Shown: positions 1 through 14,340, counted from the stretch's first letter. The stretch is DNA of 64,000 bases from Vicugna vicugna (GCA_013265495.1 MU058687.1:1302001-1366000), one strand, 5' to 3'. The notes: generated from the letters alone by a model not told the origin. A program made the numbers and translations.

Positions 1-2444
1 TATGCTTCTTTACAAAATGGCAACCATTCTGCCTTCCAAATACTATCACGTTACATTTATATCGTGTTTGCATAGCAATCCACATGCATTAACTAATCCT
101 CCATAACAATTTAGCAAGTAGCGTGGTCCTCTGCCCAGCTATTAAAACACTGATTTCTAACGAATTTTACAGGACCACATAGGGTTTCAGAATTAAGGAG
201 TCCACAAGTGTGAGGGACAGAGACGTTAGATGTGAAAAAATTAAAGAAACGTGACATTTTCCTAAATCTAAAAACTGATGCTAAAGGGCCCTAAACTTCT
301 GGAGATAAAGGCTTTCCACTGCCTCAAAACCTCTACCTATGCTTAGTGCTCTCTGGTAATTAACCAAGGAACAAGTGCTTCTATTATCCATGTTCTTGTC
401 ACAGTATTAGCCCAGAGACAACTAACAGCTGTTTTTGAGCAAGGTTCAAGGGAGCCTAGCCACAGACTGAGAAAAAGGGCTGGTCTTTGGCCTGTGTCAT
501 AACCACTTCTCCTCCTCTGTCTCAGTCTGATCTGCTTTTTTGGTGGTAGGAGGGTAGGTCACCGAACAAAGTAGTGGGAGGAGTTTCTTGGTTAGGTAAC
601 AGAATTTAAGAGTTGTGTTGTAACCATGTGCGTAAAGAAAGGCTTAGGACGTGCCAGACTTTCGAAGCAGGAAGCAGGCAAAGGAAGCACTGTGGTTTCC
701 TTTCTGCTAGGGATTCCCCTCTTGGGTTAAGTAAAAGGTCAGAAAAGATAAAGGCCCTTTCCCAGTGTCAACTAAGTCCAAGGACAATGGAAATTCCAGG
801 AGGTATGGGGGTTCTAAAATGTTATACGACAGTGATGTCCACATCATTCTGTATGTAAACTCACAACAATACTATGTGTTTTAGAGAAGAACAAGCTGTG
901 TCTAATGTCTAATCAAGTGTCCTGTCATTTAATATAGAATACCTAATGATGGCCATCATATTGGGGGCGGATTACGACAGGTAAAAATTCCACATAGTAG
1001 GAATTCAATGAATGCTTGCTTAGAGAATGGTCTGAGGCTGAGGATATAGCAGTAGTAATCCAAAACTGAAAATCTTTTACCTATTCTTCCACCTCCTAAC
1101 AACAAAACATTTTTCTTAGTGTTTTATACCTTACAACAGCACTTTAACTTTATAATTAATTATAATTTAGATTCTTCTGAATCATAAAAGTTGAAAAGGA
1201 TTTTCAACTTATTCCATCAAAAAGGCTCTTGCTTTATTTCTTTTAATTAAACTAGCCTGGAGACCGAAACAAGCAAATCAAAGTCTCTACCAGGAACTGT
1301 CTTCCATTCATGTTTGCATTGCTTGCTCCTGTTTATTGCCCATAAATAACTCAGTCTAGTTTTGTTCAGTTGAGCACATGAACTAGGGAAGAAGAGGAAA
1401 GACCTCAAGAGCTGCAATTACTGCAGTGCTCCTTCCTGCTGCAGGATTTGCCAGGCGCTTCCAGTCTTCTTCCATTTTAGGCTATTTCCCTGCCAAGTTC
1501 TGACCAAAGATAGAACAACTTCTCCTTGTTACATCATTCCTAGAAAATACCCTAAAATCATTTAAAACAACTTCCCTTTGTTTATGCAGTTTACATTCTT
1601 CAAAGGCCATTTACATCTCCTGTACCACCCCACCTCTTCTTCATGCCTTCAGCTACTGTCGTAAAAAGACTCTGATCTGGGTAAAAACACTCTTATCTTT
1701 CTGTAAAGATCAATCCTTCGGTCCTAAATAGTTCTGGTGGTTTTTCAAAGGTGCTCTTCATTTGAAGAACCATCTTGTGCTGACCTAGAGTCTCTCATAA
1801 TAGAGGAAAAAAAAGGGTTCAGTCCCCCTTCCCCTTATTATATGCACACCCCCACCTCCCTACCATCCAAGTAAGTGTCAGTTTTTAATCTCTACAGTAC
1901 TTCCTGTCAACAAAAACCTAGTCTCTTGCAGTTTTTTCTTCCATCTTGCTCTCTTCCTGAAAAGTTTGAAATTATTTTAACTAAAAGCTACTCTTGCCTA
2001 TTGTGTTTCTCAAAGACAGCACAGCACTGAATCCGTGCCCTAGCTATCTATATTAACTGTCAGTCTGCAAATAAAAGCCGTAAGAATTAAAAGCAAATCA
2101 TTTTTCTTAACCTTGAACATTAACATATAAATGAATTCCAGCTTTTAAAAATTATAAATATATATCTGGTCCCTGTCTCAAGAGAACTAATGGCATGTGC
2201 TTGAGTGTTTTATCACACCAATATTTTTATGGGACAGTTGGTCCAGTCATCTGGCTGACAGCACAGCCAGAATTATTGTTCAAGGCTGTTAACACAACTT
2301 TTTATATCAAGCTGGTTGTCACATGACTGCTGAGAAAACCACAGCCTTCTGGGCAAAGCACAGCCTGTTGGCCTGACTAGGTCACAGAAACCTCACAGAG
2401 CACGGCATGCTACTGCCTCCATTGGCTGTTAAATCAGGACATAC

Positions 2445-2518
2445 CTCTTCGTAATTTTTTGCCTCTACTCCATGCTTCATGTCTAGGATCACGAGTTGGT
2501 CAGGTATCCGCCCTGTTC
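2445..2518 (-). CDS. TMED10: TMED10 coding exon 3
   Basis: 74 nt, acceptor TTTCTTTCTCAG|GA, donor GAG|GTATGT. Translates (G)[24 protein letters not shown]. Exons 1-3 total 411 nt = 137 codons in frame. Confidence 0.97.
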
Positions 2519-4512
2519 CTGAGAAAGAAATCAAAGGATTCATTGTGCGAAATATTTAAAATTCCGGTAAATCACCCACCCACCCTCCCTCTCCCTAGCC
2601 TCAACCCTCTCAATAGAGGGAAATAGCCGCAACTCCTCCCCCTACTCAGCTGCAGAAAATTCCTGGCTCTGGCTAAAATCTCAAGCATTCCAGACAAAGC
2701 CTCTATCTGTATGGGGTGCCGGAAAGCAACGAGAACATGCTGCTGGCAAACATCTCTGAGGGAGCAGGACACAAGATACTGTAGCTAGTACTTCAGAGGG
2801 ATAAAACAGGAGAAGAGAAAACACATAGGCTTATCGGATTAGGAAATACAACTCAAAAGTCAAAACAGTATACAACTGAGTGGCATATGGACCAGTAATA
2901 GGTAGTGGGCACCAACTCAGGCTGAAAAGGGACACTTCCACACCTGAAAAAGCTGCCCTGTGAAATTTTGAGAAAAGGATTAGGGGTATACGCTAAACTT
3001 GAATTTACTTAATACAAATATAAGTACTGAAAAGAACACAGGGTTTTTCTAATATTCCAGTTAATTTAAACATTTTGGTCAAAGTAAAGCCATTTCAATA
3101 GGTAAGTAAAATGTTACAGGACTATTTCCATAAAGCCCTTAAAAGAAAAGAGCCCAAGAAGAAACTTAACAATAAGAATTCAATTCTCAGAGATACTTTT
3201 TTACACAGAAAAATGTCTACTTGGGATAGTAGGACCAACAGAGCAATGTTCTTATTAGAAAAAGTAATCTGATTCAGCTTGATCAAAAAGGAATCATCAA
3301 GTGGGAGAAAAGGAAAGATTCAAAAGAGCCCCAGAAAACTGATCAGTCCCTGGAATTCACCAGAGTACTTATAAAATTAAAAACTGCTGCATGAAATTAG
3401 GAGTTTTGGGAAACAGTGCCACTTAAGCATCTGGTGTTCCTGAGACCATAATAAGCTACAGAGAATGGTACTGTACCCTGAGAGACACTGGAAATTTTCT
3501 GAAATGGACTGAAGTCAATTCAATAAATACTCATTGGGAACTCACTGGGTGCTAGAACTGTGCTGGAGATAACAATCTCTGCCTTCAAAGAACTTGATGG
3601 GCATCAAGACATAAATATGAGTAAGTTACAGTGAAAATGCAAAGCAGTATAAAACTTTTAAGGAAAAAAAATCGTTCAGATAATTCCAGCTATGCAGCAA
3701 AAGTTAGAAGAGGGAAGAGATTAGTTTGAGGACAGACTTCACTCGAGGTAGCACCTGAAGGCAGACAGAGTATCCCAGGCAGAAGGCAACACATGAGTCA
3801 AGACTCAGATACTGAATGGAATATGGCACGTTTAAAATACAGTAAAGACGTTCTTTTGGATAGATTAGAAAGATCAATTTGAAAGTAATAAGACTGAATA
3901 GGAAGGATTAAGAAACCAAGACAAGTCATATATATCTTCCAAGCATTAAACCAATTTCCAAAACAAAACAAAACAAAATAAAAAGTGACACCTAGAGAGG
4001 TCTCTTCTCCCAAATCCAATATGCAACCCTGATCACAGCATTGCCCAAAGGAGATTCAATGTGAATTTTTACTTCTACTTCATTTAAAAAGTTATGAAAT
4101 CCAAGCAGCTCACAGCCCTACCTGGTCCAAATGATCAAGATATTCTTTTCCTAAAAGACTCTTCCCACTATCTCTGTTTGCCACAGCACAGCATTAGCAT
4201 TATTCAAACACAAGCAAAACCACAAAACCACAGACTGAATCCAGACCATATGGTCTCTTGCATAGAACAGCCAAACCTATCCCCACAGCTGACATCATGG
4301 CTCTAAAGGGTCTCCTCTGTAAAAAAGACCCTTTAGTAATTTCTCTCTGCAACTGCCTGGCAAATAGACAATCTTAAAAAGTGTGCCAACGACTACAAAG
4401 TATCAGGTCTCCAACAGAATGAACAGAGAACACTAATGAAACTAGAAACTGAGTGCTGACCATAATATGCGTGTACACAGACATTTATACATGTATACAC
4501 ACACACATTTTT

Positions 4513-4608
4513 TATTTAATTTTTTTTAATGGAGGTACTGGGGATTGAACCCAGGACCTTGTGCTTGCTAAGCAGGCACTCTACCACTAAGCTATACCCT
4601 CCCTGCTG
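4513..4608 (-). mobile_element. tRNA-derived SINE (camelid Vic-1-like)
   Basis: GGAGGTACTGGGGATTGAACCCAGGACCTTGTGC...CTCTACCACTAAGCTATACCC is the reverse complement of a pol III A/B-box head. 15-bp TSD CACACACACATTTTT at 4498-4512 and 4609-4623. Confidence 0.85.
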
Positions 4609-5794
4609 CACACACACATTTTTAAATAAGTTCCCAGGCATATACATGCATAAGCATACTAAAAAACTCAGAACAAAGATAATCTCTGCCTTCAGAGTTC
4701 AAAATTGGGAATGTAAGATACACATGAGACATTTAAACACGAGGTTGTATGTGCAATATATATATATATATATATCTAAATACCTAAATAAATAATCCAA
4801 TCAGTAAGTGATGACACTATTTAGAGGATGCCACACTGACCTCTGTTCTGTTTCTGAGACATGCTCAGCATCTCAAGGTGTTTGCTTTTTCTCCAAAGCC
4901 CTCATTACCATCTGACTTATATTTGTCTACTGTCTGTTCACTCCAATGAAAATATAAGCGCCACTGACAACTGACTTGTTTTATTCACTGCTATATCCCC
5001 AACACCTAGAACAGTGTTGGATGAATCAATCAATTGATTGAGATACTGAGCAAATCATAATGGTTGAGGCCCGTACAATACAAAAACTAAAGGTTAACTC
5101 ATGTTTTATGGGAAGAGAACATTCTAGCAAATGAATTAATGTGACATGTTTAGAGGGCAGAGCAAACCAGAATGGCTAGGGTCTGATGAGCAGTGGAAGA
5201 TAAGGTTGGGATGGAGTAAGAACATAATGACTATTAAATGCCATGATGCCTAAAATCCTGTCCAGCCTGAAAATTCCATGATTCTGCGTTTCATTCTATA
5301 GAACAGAAGCATTACTGCCACTACAAAGAAGGGAAAGCTTCTGAAAGAGGACTGACATGATGAAAGATGTGTTTTAGAAGACAAATCTGGTAGCAGTTGG
5401 ATACATTAAAAGCTGGGATATCAGTTAGAAAGCTAATGACATAGTCCATGACTTAAAAGATTAGAGTTCAAGATTTGTGTGGTGACAATACAGAAGTTAT
5501 TTTGAAAGAAGTATCAGCCTAACTTGATGATAGACTGGAAAAGACAAAAATACGTAATTTCAAAAATGTAAGCCCAAGTAATGGGAAGGATGGTGGTAAT
5601 ACTGATGAGTAAAAGGAACTAATTTGAAAGGAAAGGTTATGGCTACAGTCTAAGACATCCTAGTTTTGAGGTAAGAATGGCACAACCAACTGGAAATGTT
5701 TGGAATACTGTTGAGACATCCTGGAACCAGCAGCGGTGGGGGCAGAGAGAAGGGTATCAGTTATGAAATCACTATTAAAGTCCTTTAGTTTTCT

Positions 5795-5940
5795 TTTTGT
5801 GTGTGTGTAGTTTTTTTGGGGGGGGAGGGCGGGAATTAGGTTATTTATTTATTTATTCTCAGAGGAGGTACTGGGGATTGAACCCAGGACCTTGTGCATG
5901 CTAAGTGTGCACTCTACCACTTGAGCTATACCCTCTCCCC
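5795..5940 (-). mobile_element. tRNA-derived SINE (Vic-1-like)
   Basis: Same SINE core as at 4513. Imperfect TSD TAGTTTTCT / TAATTTTCT. Confidence 0.85.
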
Positions 5941-6302
5941 TAATTTTCTGTTCTTAATCTATTATTCCATTTACCTCAGGTGAACTCCCTCAGCTTTTAG
6001 GCTAAAGTGACCCACTTAAGATAAAGGCAGTCAATTCTTGATTAACTGTCAAAAGCAGCTAGTTCGTCTATTATTCCTGGGAATCTATTAGTACTGTTGC
6101 TAAGGTGTTTGCTCTTCTTTTAGGATCATATATTCTGAATATATTCTATATATTCTATAAATCTACAATTGCCAGGAGTCTTTTTGCTACCATACAGAGA
6201 AAGCTTGAAAATAAAGTCAAATGGAGGCAAAAAACAAACAAACAAACAAAAAGCACTAAAACTGAGGTAAGGTTCTAATGATACTGATAAAAAATCCAAG
6301 AT

Positions 6303-6490
6303 CCAAACAAGTTTATATTGTATAGCACAGAGAACTATATTTAGTATCTTGTAGTAACCTATAATGAAAAAGAATACAAAAACAAATATATGTATATATG
6401 TGTACGACTGAAACATTATGCTGTACACCAGAAATTGACACAACATTGTAAGCTGACTATACTTCAATTAAAAAAAAACAAAAACAAAAC
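6303..6490 (+). mobile_element. L1 3'-end fragment with A-tail
   Basis: TATTGTATAGCACAG...GACTATACTTCAATTAAAAA matches the L1 3' end at about 14145-14310. Imperfect TSD AAAATCCAAGA / AAAACCCAAGA. Confidence 0.8.
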
Positions 6491-7176
6491 CCAAGACATA
6501 GGGGTGCCCGAAGTCAGCGCTACACTGTAGACTTCCTGATTCAGAGAGTCAACGTGGTCTTCTTCTTCCGCTTTAAGCCAATCTGACTTATGTTTTTGCA
6601 TCTTGCAATCCCAAAGGGTCCCAAGTAATGTAACATGTATGAATGCATACAGCTTTTAGAGTCTCATGTCCCAGAAGCTGAAGAATAGGCATTGAAAAGG
6701 CATCTGCTTTTCACCCACCACTGAGCACAGAAGCCATCAGGTAATCAGCCTAAAAGTTACTATGGGCTCCTGGCCTTGAGATGCACAGAAGAAACCATAG
6801 CAAGATGTAAGGGCTAGGCAACAGCAAGTGCCCTGGAGATCAAAACTGCTTCTGACTTTGCCATATATTATTTGTCAGACAGACCCTACTTCTAATCCCT
6901 TAAAAAACATGTCACTAGCATATAAATGCACTATTTTCTAGCATCTATACCAAATTCAACTCTATCATTTAAGCTAAGTATATCACAGCATTCAAGAAAT
7001 GCCTGCTCCTGCACATGAAGAACAACTTCACCGATCAGCCAGCCTTCACTTATATGTGTGTGCACCCCAGCAAAGTTTTCACTTTCTCTTCCTGTCCAGT
7101 CCAAGAGAGAAAATTCATGCTCTAGCTTGCTTAGATGAAGATGCTTAACTCAGGGAAAACATTCTGATTTACTTAC

Positions 7177-7288
7177 CCTTGCTCTCAAAACACACTTCGA
7201 ACATGTCGTCATCCTCAGTGGTAAAGGCAAATTTTCCCTTGGTTGCATCCTCCTTGGAGTACAGAATATGGCCAGCAGAATCTGTGAT
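7177..7288 (-). CDS. TMED10: TMED10 coding exon 2 (GOLD domain)
   Basis: 112 nt, acceptor TTTTAG|ATC, donor AAGG|GTAAGT. Translates [37 protein letters not shown](G), in frame with exon 1. Confidence 0.97.
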
Positions 7289-10265
7289 CTAAAATTAGAA
7301 AGTAAGTCAGAATAGGCAGCAAATAATACTCAGGAAGAGAATTTATAGAAACTGGGTAAGTTGAAAGAAACGCTGTCTATAAAGGACAGTTTACATTTCT
7401 TATTATGATGACTATAGTCCAACTATTCCCAAAGACAGGAAATGGATTAGAAGTGAAACCCAAACACAGCAAATTTCATACATTCTAACAGCCCATCCAC
7501 ACTGCAGGCTAAAATCTATTACCGCTATAAAATGCCTTACCATATCAAAAAGTTGATATAAAGTGGGTTTATTAAGAAAAGTTCACTTCATAGAATGTAC
7601 ACCAGTATCATTCCCTGGAAAGGGACATGTCACAAAAATAGAAGTGGACAAATACCAAAAGAATATATGACAAAAAGGAGAAAAATATGTAAGAACATAT
7701 TTCTTGTGTAAAACAAATCTTGATGCAGTGGAGGTGGAGAGTGGAAATGGGACACCTGATACCAGGAGAGAAGGAAAAGAAGGCATGCATAGAGAAAAAA
7801 ATTTGGGAGATCTATTCCTGCAAACTGCATTTAATTATGTCAATGGCTATGTGGGGATGGGGGAGGCAGGGTGGGTAAGCAAGTAGTTTCTCCTAAAAAA
7901 GACATCCTTGACTTCCAGAAATGATAATTCCTTTCCTCTAGGTTGTTGAATTTAGTTCTCCAAACTCATAAACTTCTCCACTCATTGAGAATGGCCTGTA
8001 AGCACAGATGAAGTGCACATACTGGTAAGTGAACGATCACATATAAAAGCAAGGACATAGTACAGTAATAAGACAGACTGGATCTCAGGCTTCTTTTCTG
8101 TCTTAGTAGAAGACACATTTCATTATCTAATACAGAAAGCTACTTGCAAAGTGGAACACAAAAGTAGTGAATTTATTGTATTAAACTGGATATTCTAATG
8201 CTGTGACTCAATTATAAATCAGATTTTAAATACAAAAACTGAGTAGCATACATATAAGCTTATATATTTAAAGCACTTCAATAACACTAGTTACTTTTTG
8301 ACTAGTGAGATTTCTTTATACTTTTTTTCTATAGAGGTATGTATCATGATTAGAAATAAAGTTACTTTAGTTTAAGAAAAAAGCATAATAGCAAAAGAAT
8401 AGTTACCACTGCTAGACAAAATTGAAACAATGGGTTAATAAAAAAGGCTTTATGGCATATCTTCTAAATTCCCTAAGAATAACAGCAGTAATATTAATCA
8501 AGTATCTTCTTCCATGAATGATGCTGATCATTCATTAATTTGTCAAGCATTTAAGATGCATGGGAGAAAATGTATGCCTAGAGGCAGGCACAAGTGCCGT
8601 GGGATTATAGGGGGTCAGAGTGTCATAGAGGAAGTGACACATGAACTAAGTTCTGAAGAATGAGCTGCAATCAAGGGAAGAAAAGGGGTAAAGCCACTCA
8701 GAGTAGAAGAGATGGCAACTATGAAGGTCTGGGTTCAGAAAAGGAAAACAAGACAAAAATATGGTATCATCATAAGACTAAGCAGATAATATTTATTAAG
8801 CACTTACTAAGTATTGAGTACTTTGCCAAGAGCTTTATATGCATTTTTAATTTAATCCTCACTATAACCCTTTAGGTAAGAACTATTATTGCTCCTATGA
8901 TCCACAGGAGGAAACTGAGGCACAGAGAGGTTAAGTGGTTAGAGAGATACTGGCCAGATCATGTAGAACTACAACAACATGCTAATGAGTTTATTTCGTA
9001 CAAAGTGGAAAGGCAATTAAGAATTTGAAACAAGAAAAATGATGTGATTCAATTTGCAATTTAGAAAGATGAATCTGATAATACTGTGAAGACAGACTCA
9101 AGAGGGACAATAACAGAGATAAGAAGATGGGTTAGGCCCCTATTCCAGGAATCCAGGTTAGAAATGACGAAGGCTTTGGGTATGGAGAGAAGGGGCCAGA
9201 TTTGAGGAATGTTTAAAAGGGAGAGCTCACCTACAGGACAAGACCAAAGATTGAATGCCCACAAGAATAGAGCAAGTAGCATAACTGCATCTAATTGGCC
9301 AGTACAAGTCCACAGGGTGTGGGAACAATGCGGCAAACTGGAGAAGACAGTCCTGTCAAGGGAGAAACTGATTACTACCATGGCATGCCAGGTTGGTTTT
9401 AGATCATCCAATTTTCCAAAAGAACCTAAATGTTTTAACTTTTATTTGAAATCTCCTAGTTTTTAAATCCTCACAACCAATCCCAACATTTGAAAAAACT
9501 ATCTCCAGGCCAAACAAAAGATGTCTACAGAACCAACTTCTTCTGAGCTACCAGTATCTGACCTCTGCATAGGATAGGAAGAAAGTTGACTAAAATCACA
9601 TAAACCAACTGCTGGGCAGCACTGAGGGCTCAGCTGAGATCAGGGACCAGGATCTGGCAGCTAGATGAGATCAGGCCACATCTAGTTGCCAGAATGCAGG
9701 AGCAAAGACAAGTATTAAGTGATTTAGGTCTGGGATTCTGCAACTGAGTGGTTTGGAAGGATAAGGGGATTAAGGAATTATGTTATAAACTTAACCTACA
9801 CAGTCTTTAATCCTCACAACAATCCCAGGGAGGCCAGTCTTATTATCCCCATTTTATTGATGCAGATGCTTAGTAACTTGCTCATTATCACAGAGTCAGT
9901 AAACTGTGTATATAGACTTGAAGATAGGGTCTAAAAACTATGCTCTTTCCACATTCCACGTTGCCTCCCCACAAAAGGAATGGTTCAAAGAAGTGGAAAG
10001 CACAGAAGCCAAGAAAGACTAACAGAATCTGATAGATTCTGTGGGTCAGTGCATGTCAGAGAGCCTGAGCATCCTCCTGAGCAGGACATAGTACTGTTCA
10101 GTCTGCAACCTCTACCTGAGAGGGATTTGCAGGCAGCCACAAGGTAGACTCCTTAAAGTCAGCAATAAATAAATAATCTGCACAGGAATATTTAGCCCTG
10201 AAGATTCCTAAAGGCCTTTTGTTCATGGGATACTTTTCCTGAATTATCAACTAAAAGAAAAAGCA

Positions 10266-13200
10266 AATTTTATCAAAAGCTTTTTCTGCAGCTATTGAGA
10301 TGATCGTATGGTTTTTATTCTTCAGTTTGTTAATGTGGTATCACACTGACTGATTTGTGGATATTGAAAAATCCTTGCATGCCTGGAATAAATCCCACTT
10401 GATCATGGTGTATGATCCTTTTAATATCTTGTCAGAGTAAATCTGCTAGTATTTTGTTGAGGATTTCTGCATTTATGTTCATCAGTGATACTGGCCTATA
10501 ATTGTCTTTTTTTTTGTTGTTAATATCTTTGCCTGGTTTTGGTATCATGGTGATGGTGGTCTCAAAGAATGAGTTAGGAAGTGTTCTTTCCTCTGCAATT
10601 TTTGGGAATAGTTTCAGAAGGGTAGGTGTCAGCTCTTCTCTAAATGTTTGGTAGAATTCACCTGTGAAGACACCTGGTCCTGGATTTTTGTTTGTTGGGA
10701 GTTTTAAAATTACTGATTCAACTTCAGTACTGGTAATCACTGCTCATATTTTCTATTTCTTCCTGGTTCAGTCTTGGGAGATTATACCTCAGAATTTGTC
10801 CATTTCTTCAATATTGTCCATTTTATTGGAGTATAGGTGCTTATAGTAGTCTCTTATGGTCCTTTGTATTTCTGTGGTGTCAGTTGTAACTTCTTTTTCA
10901 TTTCTGATTTTAAGGATCTGGGCCCTCTCCTATTTTTCTTGATGAGTCTGGCTAAAGTTTATTCATTTTATTTATCTTTTCAAAGAACCATCCTTAAGTT
11001 TCGATCAATGAAACTTAAAGTCTCCTCTATTTCATTTATTCTGCTCTGAACTTTATTATTTCTTTCCTCTACTAACTTTGGATTTTGTTTGTTCTACTTT
11101 CCCTAGGTGCTTTAGGCATAAGGTTAAATTGTTTCTTGAGGTTTTTTTTTTTTTTATTTCCTGAGGGAAGCCTGTATCATAAATTCCCTCTTAGAACTGT
11201 TTCTGCTGTGTCCCATAGGTTTTGTTGGGCGAGGGGTTTGTCTTTTTAAAATTGAAGTATAGTTGGTTTACAACATTGCGTTAATTCCTGGTGTATAGCA
11301 TAGTGTTTCAGTTATACATATATATTCCTTTTCATATTATTTTTCATTATAGGTTAGTACAAGATATTGGATAGCAAGTTCCTGTGCTGAACAGTAGAAC
11401 CTCGTTGTTTACCTATTTTATATATAGTAGTTAGTATCTGCAAATCCTGAATCCCATAGGTTTTAGATCATTATGTTTTCATTTTCATTTGTCTCTATGT
11501 ATTTTTTGATTTCCCCTTTGATTTCTTCAGTGATCCATTGGTTGCTTAACAGCATATTGTTTAGCCTCTACATGTTAGTGTTTTTTGCAGTTTTTTTTCT
11601 CGTAGTTGATTTCTAGCTTCATAGTGTTGTGGTCGAAAAAAATGCTTGATATGATTTTGTTTTCTTATATTTACCAAGGCTTGCTTTGTGGTCCAGCATG
11701 TGATCTATCCCGGAGAATGTTCTGTGTGCACTTGAATATGTAATCTGCTGCTTTCAGACAGAATGCTCTTTAAGTATCAATTAAGTCCATCAGCTGTAAT
11801 GTGTCATTTAAGGCCTGTGTTTCCTTACTGATCTTCTGTCTGGATGACCTGTCCATTGATGTAAGTGGGGTGTTGAAATCCCCACTATATTTGTGCTACT
11901 GTCAATTTCACCTTTTATGTCTGTTAACATTCGCCTTATATATTGAGGTGCTCCTATGTTGGGTACATGTATATTTACAACTTATATCTTCTTGATATAG
12001 CTTTTGATAAAATTCAACATTCATTTATGATAAAAACTCTTCAGAAAGTGGGCACAGAGGGAACATATCTCAGCATAATAAAGGCCATATACGACAAACC
12101 CACAGCTAACATCATATGCCATGGTGAAAAGCTGAAAGTATGTTCTCTAAGATCAGGAACAAGGCAAGGATGCCAACTCTCACCACTTTTATTCAATATA
12201 GTTTTGGAAATCCTAGCCACAGCAGTAAGAGAAGAAAAGGAAACAAAAGGAATCCAAATTGGAAAAGAAGAAGTAAAACTGTCACTATTTGCAGAAGACA
12301 CAATGCTATACATGGAAAATTCTAAAGATGCTACCAGAAAACTACTAGAGTTCATCAATTAATTTGGTAAAGTTACTGGATACAAAATTAATATACAGAA
12401 ATCTGTTGAACTTCTATATGCTAACAATGAAATATCAGGTAGAGAAACTAAGGAAATAATTTCATTTACCATCACATCAAAAAGAATAAAATATTTAGGA
12501 ATAAATCTACTTTAGGAGGCAAAAGACCTGTACTCTGAAAACTATAAGATGCTGATGAAAGAAACTGAAGGAAAGATACACTGTTCTGGGACTGGAAGAA
12601 TCAGCATTGTTAAAATGATCATACTGCCCAAGGCAAACTACAGATTCAATGTAATCCCTATCAAATTACCAATGGCATTTTTCACAGAACAAAGTATTTT
12701 AAAATTTGTATGAAAACACAATATCCCAAATAGCAAAAACAATCTTGTGAAAGAAGAACAGAGCAAAAAACAGAGCTGGAAGAATCACACTCCCTGACTT
12801 CAGATTATACTACAAAGCTATAGTAATCAAGACAGTATGTATTGGCACAAAAACAGACATACAGATCAATGGAACAGGACAGAAAGCCCAGAAATAAACC
12901 CACACACTTATGGTTAATTAATCTATGACAAAGGAGGCAAGAATATACAAAGGAGAAAAGACAAGTCTCTTCAATAAGTGGTGCTGGAAAAGCTGGAAAG
13001 CTGCATGTAAAAGAATGAAATTAGAATATTCTCAAACACTATATAAAAAAATTAATTCAAAATGGATTAAAGAACTAAATATATGACTGGTTACTATAAA
13101 ATTCCTCGAAGAAAATAGGACGAATACTCTTTGACATAAATCACAGCAAAATTTTCTCGGCTCTGTCTCCTAAGTAATGGAAATAAAAACAAAAATAAAC

Positions 13201-14340
13201 AAATGAGACCTAATTATACTTGAAAGCTTTTACACAGTGAAAGAAACCAGAAACAAAATGAAAAGACAACTTATGGAATGGGAAGAAATATTTGCAAATG
13301 ATGTGACCAAGAAGGGATTTCCAAAATATACAAACAGCTCATACAGCTCAATATCCAAAAAACAAACAAACCAACAGAAAAATGGGCAGAAGATCTAAAT
13401 AGACAATTCTCCAAAGACATATAGATGGCCAGCAGGCACATGAAAAGATGCTTAACATCACTAATTATTAGAAAAATGCAAATCAAAACTACAACGAGGT
13501 ATCACCTCATATCAGTCAGAACAGCCATCATCAAAAAGTCAACAAATAATAAATGCTAGAAAGGGTGTGGGGAAAAGGGAACCCTCCTACACTATTGGTG
13601 GAAATGTAATTTGGTGCATGGAGAACAGTATGGAGGTTCCTTTAAAAACTGAAAATAGAGTTACTACTCTCCTGGGCATATATCCAGAGAAAATTCTAAT
13701 TCAAAAAGACACATGCATCCCAATGTTCACAGCAGCACTATTTACAATAGCCAAGACATGGAAGCAACCTAAATGCCCATCAACAGATAAACAGATAAAG
13801 ACGACATGTACACACATACATACACAGAGACACACACACAATAGAATACTACTTAGCCATGAAAAGAATGAAATAATGCCATTTGTAGTAACGTGGATGG
13901 ACCTGGAGATTATCATACTAAGTGAAGTAAGTCAGAAAAAGAAAGACAAATATATAATATCATTTGTATCTGGAATCTAAAAAAGTGACACAAATGAACT
14001 TATTTATAAAATAGAAACAGACTCATAGACATATAAAACAAACTTATGGTTACCAAAGGGGAAGTGGGGGAGGAAGGGATAAATTAGGAGCTTGGAATTT
14101 GCAGATACAAACTACTACATATAAAATAGATAAACAACAAGGACCTATTGTATAGCACAGGGAAGTATATTCAGTATCTTATGATAACCCATAATAGAAA
14201 AGAATCTGGAAAAGAATTATATATATAATATATACATTATATATAACTGAATCACTTTGCTACACACCTGAAACTAACATAACATTGTAAATCAACTATA
14301 CTTCAATTTTAAAAAGTTAAAAAAAGAAAAAAGAAAATGG
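10266..14340. mobile_element. LINE-1 insertion, 5'-truncated, with inverted 5' segment (10266-~11995 minus; ~11999-14340 plus, ending in 3'UTR and A-rich tail)
   Basis: ORFs 10432..10740(-), 11943..12362(+) and 13567..13980(+) give L1 ORF2 motifs ([27 protein letters not shown]...[18 protein letters not shown]...LFAED; C-terminal TIAKTWKQPKCP). Many stops and frameshifts. Confidence 0.95.
11224..11451 (-). mobile_element. Nested L1 3'-end fragment inside the larger L1
   Basis: Reverse complement resembles the L1 3' end at about 14090-14310. Flanked by the 13-bp target-site duplication TCCCATAGGTTTT at 11211-11223 and 11452-11464. Confidence 0.85.

Noticed and set aside
11943..13980. Reverse-transcriptase-like ORFs as a novel RT or retron-type system
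   Set aside because: They are ordinary broken LINE-1 ORF2 fragments with an L1 3'UTR and A-tail.
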